Assembly (NCBI GenBank): GCA_020351185.1
Contig: CP070729.1
Span: forward strand, 1,314,077 to 1,363,061
Direction of reading: 5' to 3'
Length of the DNA stretch: 48,985 nt
Origin: Dehalococcoidia bacterium
GTDB taxonomy: Bacteria; Chloroflexota; Dehalococcoidia; Dehalococcoidales; G020351185
Numbering within the stretch: position 1 is the stretch's first letter; each line of letters begins with the position of its first letter. The position numbers were made by a program, and so were the translations under genes. This document shows, one piece after another, positions 10,114-20,734 of the stretch. The notes below the pieces were generated by a model that was given only the letters and a program-made list of their open reading frames with translations, was not told the DNA's origin and searched no databases.

Positions 10114-11399
10114 ACATCAAGAACTGGTTTAACTTCAATAGTCTGCTCTCGTCTTGGGCCAACACAAACTATATTGGTGGGGCATCCAATGAGTTCTTCT
10201 AGTTTGGCTATATATTTTTTTGCTGCAAGTGGTAATTTCTCAAATTCCCGAATCCCCGTTGTATCTGATTGCCAACCATCAAGTTCTTCGTAAACTGGTT
10301 GACATTTTATAAGTTCGGTAGTATTTGCTGGAAAATAATCAATTATTTCGCCATCGAGTTTATAGCCAATACATACTTTAATCTGCGGAAGGATGTCGAA
10401 AACATCAAGGCGTGTTATTACCATACCAGTAAACCCGTTAATATGATGGGAAAAACGGGCAGCGACGGTATCAAACCAACCGCAGCGTCGCGGACGACCG
10501 GTGGTAGTACCAAATTCATGGGCTTTTTCACGGATAAGATTACCAACATCATCATTTAATTCGGTAGGAAATGGGCCACCACCGACACGGGTACAGTAAG
10601 CTTTAAATACACCCAGAATGCCGTCAATACATCTTGGGCTGATACCAGAACCCTGACAAGCACCTCCAGCGAGGGGGGATGAAGAAGTAGCGTAAGGATA
10701 TGTACCAAAATCAGGATCAAGTAGAGCTCCCTGTGCCCCTTCGAGAATAATAAGCTCATCGTTGGTAAGGCTATTTTGTATGATAAGTGGTGTGTGTTTG
10801 ATGTAAGGAGCTAATCGCTCGGCATATTCGATATACTGATGATAGATATCCTCAACAGAAAGCGGATCGGCTCCGTAAATTTTTGTTAAAATTTCATTTT
10901 TATAGTTCACAATCGAACACAAGCGATTAAAAAACCCTCTTTTATCGATAAGATCGCTAACTCTTATGCCCAGTCTGGCTGTTTTATCAGTGAAAGCTGG
11001 ACCAATTCCTCGCAATGTCGTTCCAATAGCCCTTTCGGCTTTCGATTTTTCCTCAAGTTGATCCAAAAGGGTATGATAAGGCATAACAAGGTGTGCACGA
11101 TCGCTGATAAAAAGATGACTGACATCTATTTTATTGCTGATAAGATTATCAATTTCATTGATAAGCCGGGCGGGATTGATTACAACTCCGTTGCCGATAA
11201 TGCAAGTAATATTGGGATAAAAAATACCTGATGGAACGATATGCAGTTTAAACTCACCATATGGGTTTATTACGGTATGGCCTGCATTATCACCTCCTGA
11301 GAAGCGGATGACCATCCTCGCTCCTTCAGAAAGTTGATCAACAACCTTTCCTTTGCCTTCATCTCCCCATTGGGCTCCAAGAATAGCGATGACTGGCAT
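10110..11399 (-). CDS. purA: adenylosuccinate synthetase
   Basis: GAQWGDEGKGK P-loop. Start MPVIAILG at 11399 overlaps the stop of the upstream gene by 1 nt (TAATG). Confidence 0.95.
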   Translation of the reverse strand: MPVIAILGAQWGDEGKGKVVDQLSEGARMVIRFSGGDNAGHTVINPYGEFKLHIVPSGIFYPNITCIIGNGVVINPARLINEIDNLISNKIDVSHLFISDRAHLVMPYHTLLDQLEEKSKAERAIGTTLRGIGPAFTDKTARLGIRVSDLIDKRGFFNRLCSIVNYKNEILTKIYGADPLSVEDIYHQYIEYAERLAPYIKHTPLIIQNSLTNDELIILEGAQGALLDPDFGTYPYATSSSPLAGGACQGSGISPRCIDGILGVFKAYCTRVGGGPFPTELNDDVGNLIREKAHEFGTTTGRPRRCGWFDTVAARFSHHINGFTGMVITRLDVFDILPQIKVCIGYKLDGEIIDYFPANTTELIKCQPVYEELDGWQSDTTGIREFEKLPLAAKKYIAKLEELIGCPTNIVCVGPRREQTIEVKPVLDV

Positions 11400-12016
11400 T
11401 ATTTCCTCCAATTATTTTTTATAATCTGCTGCCGTGTATAGACGAGTCGCTGCCCAAAAGTAAACAGACTAAATATACCAATAATATATAATGAAATATC
11501 GAGCTGGTTGATAAGAAGACCAATCGCCAGAACGATAACTCTCTCTGGGCGGGTAAAAAGACCTACGGAACATTCAATCCCAGCAGCTTCTGCTCTTGAC
11601 TTTATATAACTAACCGAAAATGAGATCAGAAGAACAGAACCGGTAAGCAAAATACCGATTACGGAGCCTTCGTTCGCATAAAAATACAGAATACCCAACA
11701 AGATGAATCCTTCAGCTAACCGATCTATGGTAGAGTCAAGTATGGCACCAAAATGTGTAATACGGTTTGTGTGCCTAGCAAGTGCGCCGTCAAGCATATC
11801 AAGGAAGCCTGCAACAAGAATCAAAATACCAGCGGCAAGAAAATTAGCAGTGACTAGTAGGGCTACTGATCCAGAGGCTAGCATTAGATTGAAGAGGGTA
11901 AGCGAATTTGGAGAAACTGGTGTTTTAGCCAATATTCTAACCACGGGATTGGTAAAATAGCAGGACATAGTTTTTCGAAAACGTGATAAACCTATCATAA
12001 AAATATTAACCTTCAA
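11399..12016 (-). CDS. CDP-alcohol phosphatidyltransferase (phosphatidylinositol-phosphate synthase-like)
   Basis: DMLDGALAR-x8-G-x3-D-x3-D signature in a multi-TM protein, clustered with an inositol-1-P synthase. Exact start uncertain. Confidence 0.75.
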   Translation of the reverse strand: MKVNIFMIGLSRFRKTMSCYFTNPVVRILAKTPVSPNSLTLFNLMLASGSVALLVTANFLAAGILILVAGFLDMLDGALARHTNRITHFGAILDSTIDRLAEGFILLGILYFYANEGSVIGILLTGSVLLISFSVSYIKSRAEAAGIECSVGLFTRPERVIVLAIGLLINQLDISLYIIGIFSLFTFGQRLVYTRQQIIKNNWRK

Positions 12017-12028
12017 TTTTGATGTAAA

Positions 12029-13201
12029 TCATACTGAGGACGGTATAGTATCATAATTATGAGAAACCTTTCGTTGTGGAGTCTGACCTTGTATCTGTTT
12101 ATAATAATTCACTACCTGTTGCGAGATCTCTGTCCAGTCATGTTTTTGAGCGGTTATGAAACCCTTAGCTCCCATTAGCTGTCTTAATTGTTTATCATCA
12201 ATAAGCTTTTTAAGCGCTTGTGATAATTCAATATCATTCTTAGGCGGAACTAAATATCCCTCCACTTCATTAGCCATAACACCAGCATAACCCTCTATAC
12301 TGGTTGCAACAACTGGTTTACCGAGTGCCATAGCTTCCAGAAGGACGATACCGAAGCTCTCTCTACCTGTAGCTGGTGTGCAGAATATATCAGCAGTTTT
12401 ATAATAACGTGGCAGTTCGTTATAATCCACCATACCTACAAAGACGACATCTGCTAGCTTATTGCGTCTAACATACCTTTCATATTTGCGACGAAAAATA
12501 ATACCGGGGCCGACAATGATAAGCCGACAATCTTTATATTCTCTTTTTATTCTATTGTAGGCTTTTAACAAGTAATCAAGTCCTTTGCGTTTTTCAAGGC
12601 GACCAACAAAAAGAATGTTTATTTTATTGTCAGCGAATTCTTCAATTGGCGCGATGTCCTGTGAGAAGTGTTTCATATTGATACCATTGGGAATAATCGT
12701 AAATGGCCCTCGAATATGCTTAATTGCATAGTCCGCAGCTGATTTTGAAACGGCAATTTTCCCTGCTAATTTATTTTGTCGGCGATCCAACATAAACTTG
12801 GAAATAGGCCAACCAAATTTATAACCAGGACTACCATGGCAAGCATGGAACGTGCCTATATTTACCGAATCCGAAAAGCGAAGTACGGCGCTACAGAGCA
12901 TTGGCATAAAAGGCTCGTGAAGGTGTATTATATCGAATTTTTCTCTTGATAGTACTTCTTTTATTTCAGATGCTAATCTCAAAGAAAAGCTAATACGAAT
13001 TGTAGTACCGCGGACAGGGAACGGTCGAGCCTTACCGATGTGAAGAAAGTTTTTATCTTCGTCTACTACGGACCGAGATGCTGGAGCGATTATCTTAACG
13101 TTATGCCCCATCTCGACGAGTTGATCATAGAGAGCTAGTATATGGTTGACTACACCTCCTGGGTGGACAAAGTCATAAGGAGAAACTAATCCGATCTTCA
13201 T
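12029..13201 (-). CDS. GT4-family glycosyltransferase (PimA-like)
   Basis: GT-B fold with the C-terminal E-x7-E region (ESFGIVLLEAMALGKPVV). Confidence 0.75.
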   Translation of the reverse strand: MKIGLVSPYDFVHPGGVVNHILALYDQLVEMGHNVKIIAPASRSVVDEDKNFLHIGKARPFPVRGTTIRISFSLRLASEIKEVLSREKFDIIHLHEPFMPMLCSAVLRFSDSVNIGTFHACHGSPGYKFGWPISKFMLDRRQNKLAGKIAVSKSAADYAIKHIRGPFTIIPNGINMKHFSQDIAPIEEFADNKINILFVGRLEKRKGLDYLLKAYNRIKREYKDCRLIIVGPGIIFRRKYERYVRRNKLADVVFVGMVDYNELPRYYKTADIFCTPATGRESFGIVLLEAMALGKPVVATSIEGYAGVMANEVEGYLVPPKNDIELSQALKKLIDDKQLRQLMGAKGFITAQKHDWTEISQQVVNYYKQIQGQTPQRKVSHNYDTIPSSV

Positions 13202-13249
13202 AAGAAAACGCTTTATATTCTGTAAATTATTTAAGCATTAATCATAAGG

Positions 13250-14362
13250 CTAGTATTTTTTATGTGTAGCCTTGGTTACCAGTTGAGATCCTTGTTGATC
13301 TGCGATGAAATCCTCGACCATACGACGGGCTTCGTTATCTGTATACTGAATTGGGGGAGACTTCATAAAATAGGAAGAAGGCGCCAATAGAGCTCCTTTT
13401 AATCCTCTATCTAGGGCTAGTTTGCAACATCGTATAGCATCAATAACGACACCGGCTGAGTTAGGGCTGTCCCAAACTTCAAGTTTCAATTCTAAATTCA
13501 GCGGAACATCACCGAAGGTACGTCCCTCCATTCGAATATGGCAGAATTTACGATCGGTGAGCCAAGGGACATAATCACTAGGGCCGATATGGATATCATC
13601 TGGATCCAATTTGTAATCAAGTTGAGAGGTTACTGAATTGGTCTTTGAGATTTTTTTAGATTCAAGGCGTTCTCGCTCCAGCATGTTTAGAAAGTCGGTA
13701 TTGCCACCGAAATTAAGTTGGTAAGTCTTCTCTACCTTGACACCGCGATCTCGGAATAGGCGAGTAAGCACCCTATGGACTATAGTTGCTCCGACTTGTG
13801 ATTTAATATCATCGCCAATTACAGGAAGTTTCTTTTTTTCAAAACGTTGCTGCCAGTATTTTTCTCGAGCTATGAATACAGGAACGCAGTTTATAAAACC
13901 ACAGCCAGCCTCTAGTATTTGTTCTACATACCACTTTGTGGCTTCTTCGCTCCCTACCGGGAGATAACTTATGACAACATCTGTCTTAGTATCCTTCAGT
14001 ATTTTCACGATATCGGCAGTTGGGCCTGGTGCTTTTTCAATTATTGTAGAAAGGTATTTACCAAGACCATCGTGGGTCATGCCCCGTTCCACTTTTATGC
14101 CACTGGGTGGTATATCACAGAAATTAAAGGTGTTGTTCGGTGAAGTAATAATTGCTTTAGCTAGATCTTGACCGACTTTATTCTTATCAATATCAAAGGC
14201 TGCAACAAAGTTGATATCACTTATATGGTAACCACCTAAATTTACATGCATTAACCCTGGAACGAATTCAACATCTTTGGTTTTTTTATAGAAATTAACA
14301 CCTTGCACCAGTGAAGAACAACAGTTGCCGATTCCTATTAAAGCTACATTTATACTACTCAA
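13250..14362 (-). CDS. myo-inositol-1-phosphate synthase
   Basis: About 370 aa prokaryotic MIPS pattern: N-terminal [12 protein letters not shown] Rossmann motif, SQVGATI and LNFGGNTDF motifs. Confidence 0.8.
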   Translation of the reverse strand: MSSINVALIGIGNCCSSLVQGVNFYKKTKDVEFVPGLMHVNLGGYHISDINFVAAFDIDKNKVGQDLAKAIITSPNNTFNFCDIPPSGIKVERGMTHDGLGKYLSTIIEKAPGPTADIVKILKDTKTDVVISYLPVGSEEATKWYVEQILEAGCGFINCVPVFIAREKYWQQRFEKKKLPVIGDDIKSQVGATIVHRVLTRLFRDRGVKVEKTYQLNFGGNTDFLNMLERERLESKKISKTNSVTSQLDYKLDPDDIHIGPSDYVPWLTDRKFCHIRMEGRTFGDVPLNLELKLEVWDSPNSAGVVIDAIRCCKLALDRGLKGALLAPSSYFMKSPPIQYTDNEARRMVEDFIADQQGSQLVTKATHKKY

Positions 14363-14496
14363 TTTTTACCCCTTTCCAGTAATACAGCATAATATAGTAG
14401 GTTTTCCTTTCATTGACGCCATTCCATAGCTTCATTCAATAAGTACACTGAACAATTAATAGTGCGGATTAAAATAGGAAATGTACTTTTATCTAA

Positions 14497-14637
14497 TCAA
14501 TTTTTTCCGATTCTGAATACCTTTGTATTGCATGCAGGACAGATACCCTGCGTGGCTGGTTTACCATTTTTGAGGGTAACTCGCTGCGGGTTTTTTATTT
14601 CAGTTTTTCCACGACATTATACACAGTAGGCTTGCAA
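14497..14637 (-). pseudogene. DUF5679-like double zinc-ribbon mini-protein interrupted by an in-frame TAA at codon 7
   Basis: AGGAGGAGG lies 9 nt upstream of a TTG start. Translation is MQAYCV*CRGKTEIKNPQRVTLKNGKPATQGICPACNTKVFRIGKN. The stop at 14617-14619 sits inside the first CxxC knuckle. Not in the ORF track because it is too short. Confidence 0.5.
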
Positions 14638-14717
14638 TATCTACTACCTCCTCCTAAACACTATTTGAACTATATCTATTTTCTAGGTAGGTTGTCAAGA
14701 TCTTAAAGCTGAATTAA

Positions 14718-15614
14718 TCATGCAAATACCTTTTGCGGCTGCCAATGCCCTCTGTCTGAATTAAGATATAGTACTGCCAAAAAAACTCCATTTTTATTGT
14801 AGGCACGGCATCTTTTTTCTTGGCTTTTTGAAATATAGGTGTCCTTAATATCTATAGAGCCGCCGTTTTTAAGAACCTTCTCTTGTTCATAATTAACTAC
14901 TACAGACGACAAGTGGTTAAGTACGATATCTATTGGGTATACAAATTGTTGCCAATTGCTATTAGAAAAAGCATGTTCTAATTGGCCTAATGAAGCAGCC
15001 TTTTCAATATCAAATGGTCCATAACTTCTACGAATCAGATTCTTTAGGTAAGCACCGCATCCAAGTAGCTCACCCAGATCAAATGCCAGAGAACGAATGT
15101 AAGTACCGCGGCTACATTCTACTTCAATCGAAATATAGGGTAACTTGAATTCTAATAACTCAAGTCGATAGATAGTGACGTTGCGCGTTTGGCGATTGAT
15201 AATAGCACCTTCTCTGGCGAAGTGATAAAGACGTTTACCTCGATACTTAATAGCACTGAACATTGGTGGCACTTGTTTTATCGAACCGCGGAATGAAAAT
15301 AGTGACTGCTCTATAAGATTAGGATTTATCGCTGAATAATCACATTTTCTAGTAATATTACCAAAAGCGTCAAAAGTATCAGTGGTAGTACCTAGTTCTA
15401 TCTGAGCACGATATACTTTACTTGCTTCGAGAAGAAACTCGATGACCTTTGTGCCTTTACCGAAACAAACCGGTAGAACACCGCTGGCCATAGGATCGAG
15501 AGTACCAGCATGGCCAACCCGACGATAACCGGTCAGGCGTCTTATGATAGAAATAATATTAAAAGATGTAGTACCTGAAGGTTTGTTGATATTAAAAATA
15601 CCGTCTATTATCAA
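14718..15614 (-). CDS. truB: tRNA pseudouridine(55) synthase
   Basis: GHAGTLDPMASGVL catalytic-Asp motif. Located in the nusA-infB-rbfA-truB context. Confidence 0.9.
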   Translation of the reverse strand: MIIDGIFNINKPSGTTSFNIISIIRRLTGYRRVGHAGTLDPMASGVLPVCFGKGTKVIEFLLEASKVYRAQIELGTTTDTFDAFGNITRKCDYSAINPNLIEQSLFSFRGSIKQVPPMFSAIKYRGKRLYHFAREGAIINRQTRNVTIYRLELLEFKLPYISIEVECSRGTYIRSLAFDLGELLGCGAYLKNLIRRSYGPFDIEKAASLGQLEHAFSNSNWQQFVYPIDIVLNHLSSVVVNYEQEKVLKNGGSIDIKDTYISKSQEKRCRAYNKNGVFLAVLYLNSDRGHWQPQKVFA

Positions 15615-15967
15615 TCAGGCTCTCCATTTTTTATTACCCTATCTATCAATCCCAAGATGCGAGATCCCTTTTCGATAGAATCGTCAAAACGAAAGTCTAG
15701 TTTTGGTATATGGCGTAGCCTGATGCGTTTTGAGAGTTCATTGTGGAAAAAACCGGAAGCAGAGTTTAGCGTGCTAATTATCTCTTTCTTTTCACTGTCA
15801 TTACATAAGCAACTAAAATAAACCTTGGCATATTTGAGGTCGCTAGATGTATTAACTTCGGTAATTGAGACTAAACTTTTAAGTCTTGGGTCTTTTATTT
15901 CCCGGCTAAGCAAGTTGCTTATCTCTTGACGGATGAGGTGATTCACCCGCTCTATACGATGAACCAT
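15611..15967 (-). CDS. rbfA: ribosome-binding factor A
   Basis: 118 aa, RVNHLIRQEIS...DPRL...ITEV pattern, immediately downstream of infB. Confidence 0.85.
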   Translation of the reverse strand: MVHRIERVNHLIRQEISNLLSREIKDPRLKSLVSITEVNTSSDLKYAKVYFSCLCNDSEKKEIISTLNSASGFFHNELSKRIRLRHIPKLDFRFDDSIEKGSRILGLIDRVIKNGEPD

Positions 15968-15975
15968 TCTTTTTC

Positions 15976-17805
15976 CTAGTCGGCTGCTTGGCGACTGAAG
16001 AATTCGAGAATATCACCAACCTGAAAATCGTCATAATCCTTGATTATGATACCACACTCATAACCGTTGGTTACTTCTTTTACATCATCCTTGAAGCGCC
16101 TAAGGTTATCGACTACGGATTCGATGGCTATTTTGCTGTTGCGAAGTACCCTTACAGGTGTACCACGACTTACCTTGCCTTCGGTTATATAAACACCAGC
16201 AACGCTCCTCTTTTTTCTACTTGGGAATAGCGCTCTTACTTCAGCTCGACCTACGATAACTTCTTTATATTCGGGTTCTAGCAAACCCTTAAGGGCTTTT
16301 TCTACATCATCTACTAATTCGTAAATAATATTGTAGTTACGGATATCTATACCTTCCGTTTCAGCCAGGCGTTTGGCACCTGTTTCAACACCAGCGTTAA
16401 AAACGATAACGAGGCCTTTTGATGCAATAGCCAGCATAATGTCGCTTTCTGTAACGTTACCAATACCGGTATGGATGAGTTTCACTTGCACCTTATCCGT
16501 ACTGAGTTTCTGTAATGAATTTTTAATTGGTTCGATGCTGCCTTGAACATCGGCTTTGATGACAATGTTGAGCTCCTTTACACGACCACTACTTATCTGA
16601 TCAAAGATATTATAAAGACTAACAGCTTTAGGCGTCTTTTCGTCTATATTCTTCTTTCTTTCTGCCAACTCTCTCGCCTTGCGTTCATCAGAAACAGCGG
16701 ATAGTGTATCTCCGACTTGAGGAACCGCATGCAAACCGAGAATGACAACTGGCATAGAGGGTTTTGCTTTTTTCACCTGCTTACCGGTATCATTATACAT
16801 AGCCCTAATTCGCCCCCAGGTAGTACCGACAACCACCGAATCACCGGGCTTCAAAGTACCATCATGAACGAGAATAGTAGCTAAAGGTCCTTTTGTTTTA
16901 TCCATTTCTGCTTCAATTACAACTCCTTTAGCCGGTTGATGAGGATCGGCTAATAGGTTTTCCATTTCGGCTACCAGAAGCAGGTTTTCAAGTAAATCAT
17001 CAATACCTTTTTTAGCCTTTGCGGAGGTTTGTACGCTAATGGTGTCTCCGCCCCACTCTTCGATAACAAGACCTGCATCAGCTAGTTGTTGCTTGACCGT
17101 TTCTGGATTGGCATCTGGTTTATCTATCTTGTTAATAGCCACTACGATAGGTACATTGGCTGCCTTTGCATGGTCAATTGCTTCTAAAGTCTGCGGTTTT
17201 ACACCATCATCGGCGGCTACGACCAAGACTGTGACGTCTGTAACACGAGAACCACGAGCACGCATAGCGGTAAAAGCTTCATGGCCTGGAGTATCAAGAA
17301 AGGTAATTTTCTGGCCGCTAACCTCTACTTGATAGGCACCAATATGTTGGGTAATACCCCCAGCTTCTGAATCCATTACGTTCGATTGCCTGATAGCATC
17401 TAATAGTCTTGTTTTGCCATGGTCAACATGCCCCATTATTGTTATTACCGGTGGTCTTGGTTTTAAATTACTTTTTTCTTCAGAGAGAAGCTGGTATTTC
17501 TTAATCTCGCTAATAACACTTGCTGTCTTACGTGTTACTTGCGGTTTAGGCAGAACTTTATAACTAAAGGCAACCGCCACAAGGGATGCTGCATCATAAT
17601 CAATAACTTGGTTTATATTTACCATAATGCCATTCTTCATCAGCTGCTTGATAATATCAACTACACTGACATTGAGAGTTTCAGCCAGCTGTCTAACACT
17701 TATATTGGGTGGAAGTTTTATTGGTTTCATCTCAGTTGAAGCCGAACTTTTTTTCGGTTTTTCTGGGGTTGTATCATCGCTATCAAAATTATTTAATTTA
17801 TCCAT
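15976..17805 (-). CDS. infB: translation initiation factor IF-2
   Basis: GTPase motifs [13 protein letters not shown] and NKID, plus the IF-2 C-terminal domains. Confidence 0.95.
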   Translation of the reverse strand: MDKLNNFDSDDTTPEKPKKSSASTEMKPIKLPPNISVRQLAETLNVSVVDIIKQLMKNGIMVNINQVIDYDAASLVAVAFSYKVLPKPQVTRKTASVISEIKKYQLLSEEKSNLKPRPPVITIMGHVDHGKTRLLDAIRQSNVMDSEAGGITQHIGAYQVEVSGQKITFLDTPGHEAFTAMRARGSRVTDVTVLVVAADDGVKPQTLEAIDHAKAANVPIVVAINKIDKPDANPETVKQQLADAGLVIEEWGGDTISVQTSAKAKKGIDDLLENLLLVAEMENLLADPHQPAKGVVIEAEMDKTKGPLATILVHDGTLKPGDSVVVGTTWGRIRAMYNDTGKQVKKAKPSMPVVILGLHAVPQVGDTLSAVSDERKARELAERKKNIDEKTPKAVSLYNIFDQISSGRVKELNIVIKADVQGSIEPIKNSLQKLSTDKVQVKLIHTGIGNVTESDIMLAIASKGLVIVFNAGVETGAKRLAETEGIDIRNYNIIYELVDDVEKALKGLLEPEYKEVIVGRAEVRALFPSRKKRSVAGVYITEGKVSRGTPVRVLRNSKIAIESVVDNLRRFKDDVKEVTNGYECGIIIKDYDDFQVGDILEFFSRQAAD

Positions 17806-18111
17806 TTAATTTTCATCCAATAGCTCATCCTTAGATTTAACAAGCTGTTCTCTATTATAATTTGTAATGCTTGTTTTAAGGGCATGTTCTAAGCGATTGT
17901 TTTTAAAAACATTGTGCCAGCACTCTATCGATTGACAAATATAGGCACCACGCCCCGATTTTTTCCCACTAGAATCAAATTGTACACTACCATCGACATC
18001 ACGTACTAAGCGAATCATTTGTCGCTTATGCATTGTCTGATGGCAGGTAATACACATGCGTAATGGGATGCGTTTATTAGTATTCGTCTTCCTCGTCCCC
18101 ATAGTCATCAT
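17806..18111 (-). CDS. ylxR: YlxR/RnpM-family (DUF448) RNA-binding protein
   Basis: KRIPLRMCITC...GRGAYIC pattern, sited between nusA and infB. The true start may be the ATG at 18102. Confidence 0.7.
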   Translation of the reverse strand: MMTMGTRKTNTNKRIPLRMCITCHQTMHKRQMIRLVRDVDGSVQFDSSGKKSGRGAYICQSIECWHNVFKNNRLEHALKTSITNYNREQLVKSKDELLDEN

Positions 18112-19489
18112 AGCTTCGTCGCTGCTTCTTCAGTCGAATACCATCTTCAGCGGTCTCTTTCCTCTTGGAGGATTTCTTTTTCTTTTTCGCCTTGGATTCT
18201 GGTTTAGGTATTGATGTTGGTATTATTTCTTCAGCAAACCTCAACTCCTTTTTTACAGTTTTTAATTCATCTTTATTTAAAGTAGATGGTATTTTTAGTT
18301 CATTACCAATGGCCTCTATTGCATCACCCTTTTTATCCGAGTTATCTACAGGAGTAGGTGTTTCAACAGAGGTTTGAAGACCCTCAAGGGATAGTTCCTC
18401 TGCGGCACTGATGACATCATCATGCCTTTCTTCTATCTCCTTCAACCTCTCCTCCTCAACCTCAGAAGCGCTCTTGATATCTATTCGCCAGCCGGTGAGT
18501 TTGACTGCCAGTCTTACGTTCTGTCCCTCCTTACCAATAGCAAGGGATAGCTGTTTATCGGGGATTACGACACTAGCCGTCTTTTCGTCTTCATTTACGG
18601 TAACACTTGTAATTTTTGCGGGACTTAGAGCATTAGCCATAAAGTTGGTAATATCTGAATTCCAATTGACTACGTCTATCTTCTCGCCGTTTAGCTCGTT
18701 GACGATATTTTGTATTCTTATACCGCGCAAACCAACACAGCAACCGACAGGATCAATGCCTTCTTGACGTGCCACTACAGCAACTTTGCTACGAAAGCCT
18801 GCCTCTCTCGCCACAGCCTTAATCTCGACGGTGCCGTTGTATATCTCGGGCACCTCAAGCTCAAAGAGTCGGCGGAGAAGATTGGGGTGGGAGCGTGATA
18901 CTATAAGTAAAGGTCCTTTGACTGATTGACCTATTTCTAGAAGATAGACCTTTAGTCTCTGACCTATGTGATACCTTTCATTCGGAGCTTGCTCTGCTAC
19001 TGGCATCACTGCTTCAGCTCTACCTAGATCAATAAATAACTGACGGGTTTCGATACGTCTTACGACTCCTGTTATTATTTCACCTTCTTTATCAGTATAT
19101 TCTTCAAAAATGGCACTATGTTCAGCTTCGTGTAGACGCTGCAAAATAACCTGTTTGGCTGTCTGGGCAGCAATACGCCCGGCGTTGCGGGGTGTATCCT
19201 CAACACTGATAACGTCGTCAATTTTTGCTTTAGCATTGAATTTATACGCATCAACCAATGCGATCTCAGCGCGGGGGTCTAATACTTTTTCGACCACTGT
19301 CTTCTCTGCCCATACTTCGACCTTACCGCTGGACGGATCGATTTTAACAGAGATTTCCTGCGTAGGAGTGAAACTGTTTTTGCGGTAGGCTGATACTAGG
19401 GCAGATTCGACAGCATTTAACACTATTTCTCGCGGTAGGTTCTTTTCAGCTGCCAGCTGTGTGATAGCCAATAAAAAATCACTCTTCAT
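18077..19489 (-). CDS. nusA: transcription termination/antitermination factor NusA
   Basis: N-terminal domain, S1 and two KH domains (GxxGxNV), plus an acidic/basic C-terminal tail. Confidence 0.95.
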   Translation of the reverse strand: MKSDFLLAITQLAAEKNLPREIVLNAVESALVSAYRKNSFTPTQEISVKIDPSSGKVEVWAEKTVVEKVLDPRAEIALVDAYKFNAKAKIDDVISVEDTPRNAGRIAAQTAKQVILQRLHEAEHSAIFEEYTDKEGEIITGVVRRIETRQLFIDLGRAEAVMPVAEQAPNERYHIGQRLKVYLLEIGQSVKGPLLIVSRSHPNLLRRLFELEVPEIYNGTVEIKAVAREAGFRSKVAVVARQEGIDPVGCCVGLRGIRIQNIVNELNGEKIDVVNWNSDITNFMANALSPAKITSVTVNEDEKTASVVIPDKQLSLAIGKEGQNVRLAVKLTGWRIDIKSASEVEEERLKEIEERHDDVISAAEELSLEGLQTSVETPTPVDNSDKKGDAIEAIGNELKIPSTLNKDELKTVKKELRFAEEIIPTSIPKPESKAKKKKKSSKRKETAEDGIRLKKQRRSYDDYGDEEDEY

Positions 19490-19521
19490 GCTGGAGAAAA
19501 ACCTCCACTAAATCAATGATT

Positions 19522-19551
19522 TGAAATAAAAAAGTGGGATTTTAACCCACT
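19522..19551 (-). terminator. intrinsic-terminator-like hairpin in the nusA leader (possible attenuator)
   Basis: On the minus strand: AAGTGGG-TTAAAAT-CCCACTT followed by TTTTTATTT. It lies between the predicted promoter and the nusA SD. Confidence 0.4.
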
Positions 19552-19577
19552 TAGATTTCACATCTTCTACTTACTAT

Positions 19578-19606
19578 AATATATCACAAATTCCTATCCT
19601 ATGCAA
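19578..19606 (-). promoter_or_regulatory. putative sigma-70 promoter of the nusA operon
   Basis: On the minus strand: TTGCAT, 17 nt spacer, TATATT. Confidence 0.35.
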
Positions 19607-19708
19607 TACCCGTGTGAATAAGATAGTGTTATAATAGACGTAGCATATTTCATTACAGTACCCCTGTTCGATAAAAAAGGATGTTTATACAGAAAAGATA
19701 GTATACAA

Positions 19709-20425
19709 ATGACAGATAGAGAAGAACAATTTAGTTATCGTTTTTTAAAATTATTCAGAAGAAATTTCGTGGCCGGTATGCTAGTTGTTGTGCCACTGAT
19801 AATAGCTTCCTGGATTCTGTGGTGGGTGTTTTCAAGTGTAGATAGTATATTACAACCACTAATAGAAGCCGCCTTTGGACGGGAGATCCAAGGGCTTGGT
19901 TTTGCCATTTTTCTAGTGATTATATATATTACTGGCGTTGTTGCTAGCAACTATCTAGGGAAAAGAGCGATCAACTTTGCTGACACACTAGCTAGAAGAG
20001 TACCGATATTTAGACAACTTTACATAGGTGCCAAACAGGTAGTTGAGGGCTTATCGGGAAAGGGGATGAACCAAGCTGCATTCAGGGAGGTTGTATTCGT
20101 AGAGTTCCCCCGGCCCGGGATGACTACTATCGCCTTCGTAACCAACATCATAAAGGACAAAGATGGTAAGAAATACTATGGATTATATGTACCCACGGCA
20201 CCAGTACCGACTTCAGGTTACTTTGAGGTTGCTACCGAGGAACAGATTATCCATACCAGCATATCAATAGATGAAGGTATAAAGATAGTCGTTTCTAGCG
20301 GAATGATATTACCAGACAAGGTGGCTACGGGTAAATTAGAAGTCACGGGAGGACCTGAGAGTCTAGCAGATGCTTTTACATCATTAGGAAAGCCAGAAGG
20401 CAACACCCAGGATGAGTGTGAATAA
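19709..20425 (+). CDS. DUF502-family membrane protein
   Basis: Two N-terminal TM helices and a conserved PxPTSGY-like segment (PTAPVPTSGYF). Confidence 0.65.
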   Translation: MTDREEQFSYRFLKLFRRNFVAGMLVVVPLIIASWILWWVFSSVDSILQPLIEAAFGREIQGLGFAIFLVIIYITGVVASNYLGKRAINFADTLARRVPIFRQLYIGAKQVVEGLSGKGMNQAAFREVVFVEFPRPGMTTIAFVTNIIKDKDGKKYYGLYVPTAPVPTSGYFEVATEEQIIHTSISIDEGIKIVVSSGMILPDKVATGKLEVTGGPESLADAFTSLGKPEGNTQDECE

Positions 20426-20638
20426 TCCTAGAAGAACAGCGATCAACCCACCTATCTTCAGTCCACCAGGTTCAGGTCTTTCCGGTGTATGTTGGATGTA
20501 TTCCCGAACATCACTGCGGGTTGAAATGGCTTGATAATAATTTTTTTCTTCGTATCTACCCCAAATGAAAGCCACGATTCCGAGTAAGAGAAAAAAAAGG
20601 CCGAGGACGCAAACTATTATTAAGTCAACATCTGACAT
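20384..20638 (-). CDS. small two-TM membrane protein (hypothetical)
   Basis: 84 aa with two clear hydrophobic helices. Its 3' end overlaps the convergent DUF502 gene by 42 nt. Confidence 0.35.
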   Translation of the reverse strand: MSDVDLIIVCVLGLFFLLLGIVAFIWGRYEEKNYYQAISTRSDVREYIQHTPERPEPGGLKIGGLIAVLLGLFTLILGVAFWLS

Positions 20639-20734
20639 CAGTGAGCTGCTCCTGTTTATATTCTTTAAGCAAAAATTATAACCACGCTAGTAATTAGTTA
20701 CAATAGGAACGCTTGCTAACTTTACTATTTTTTA

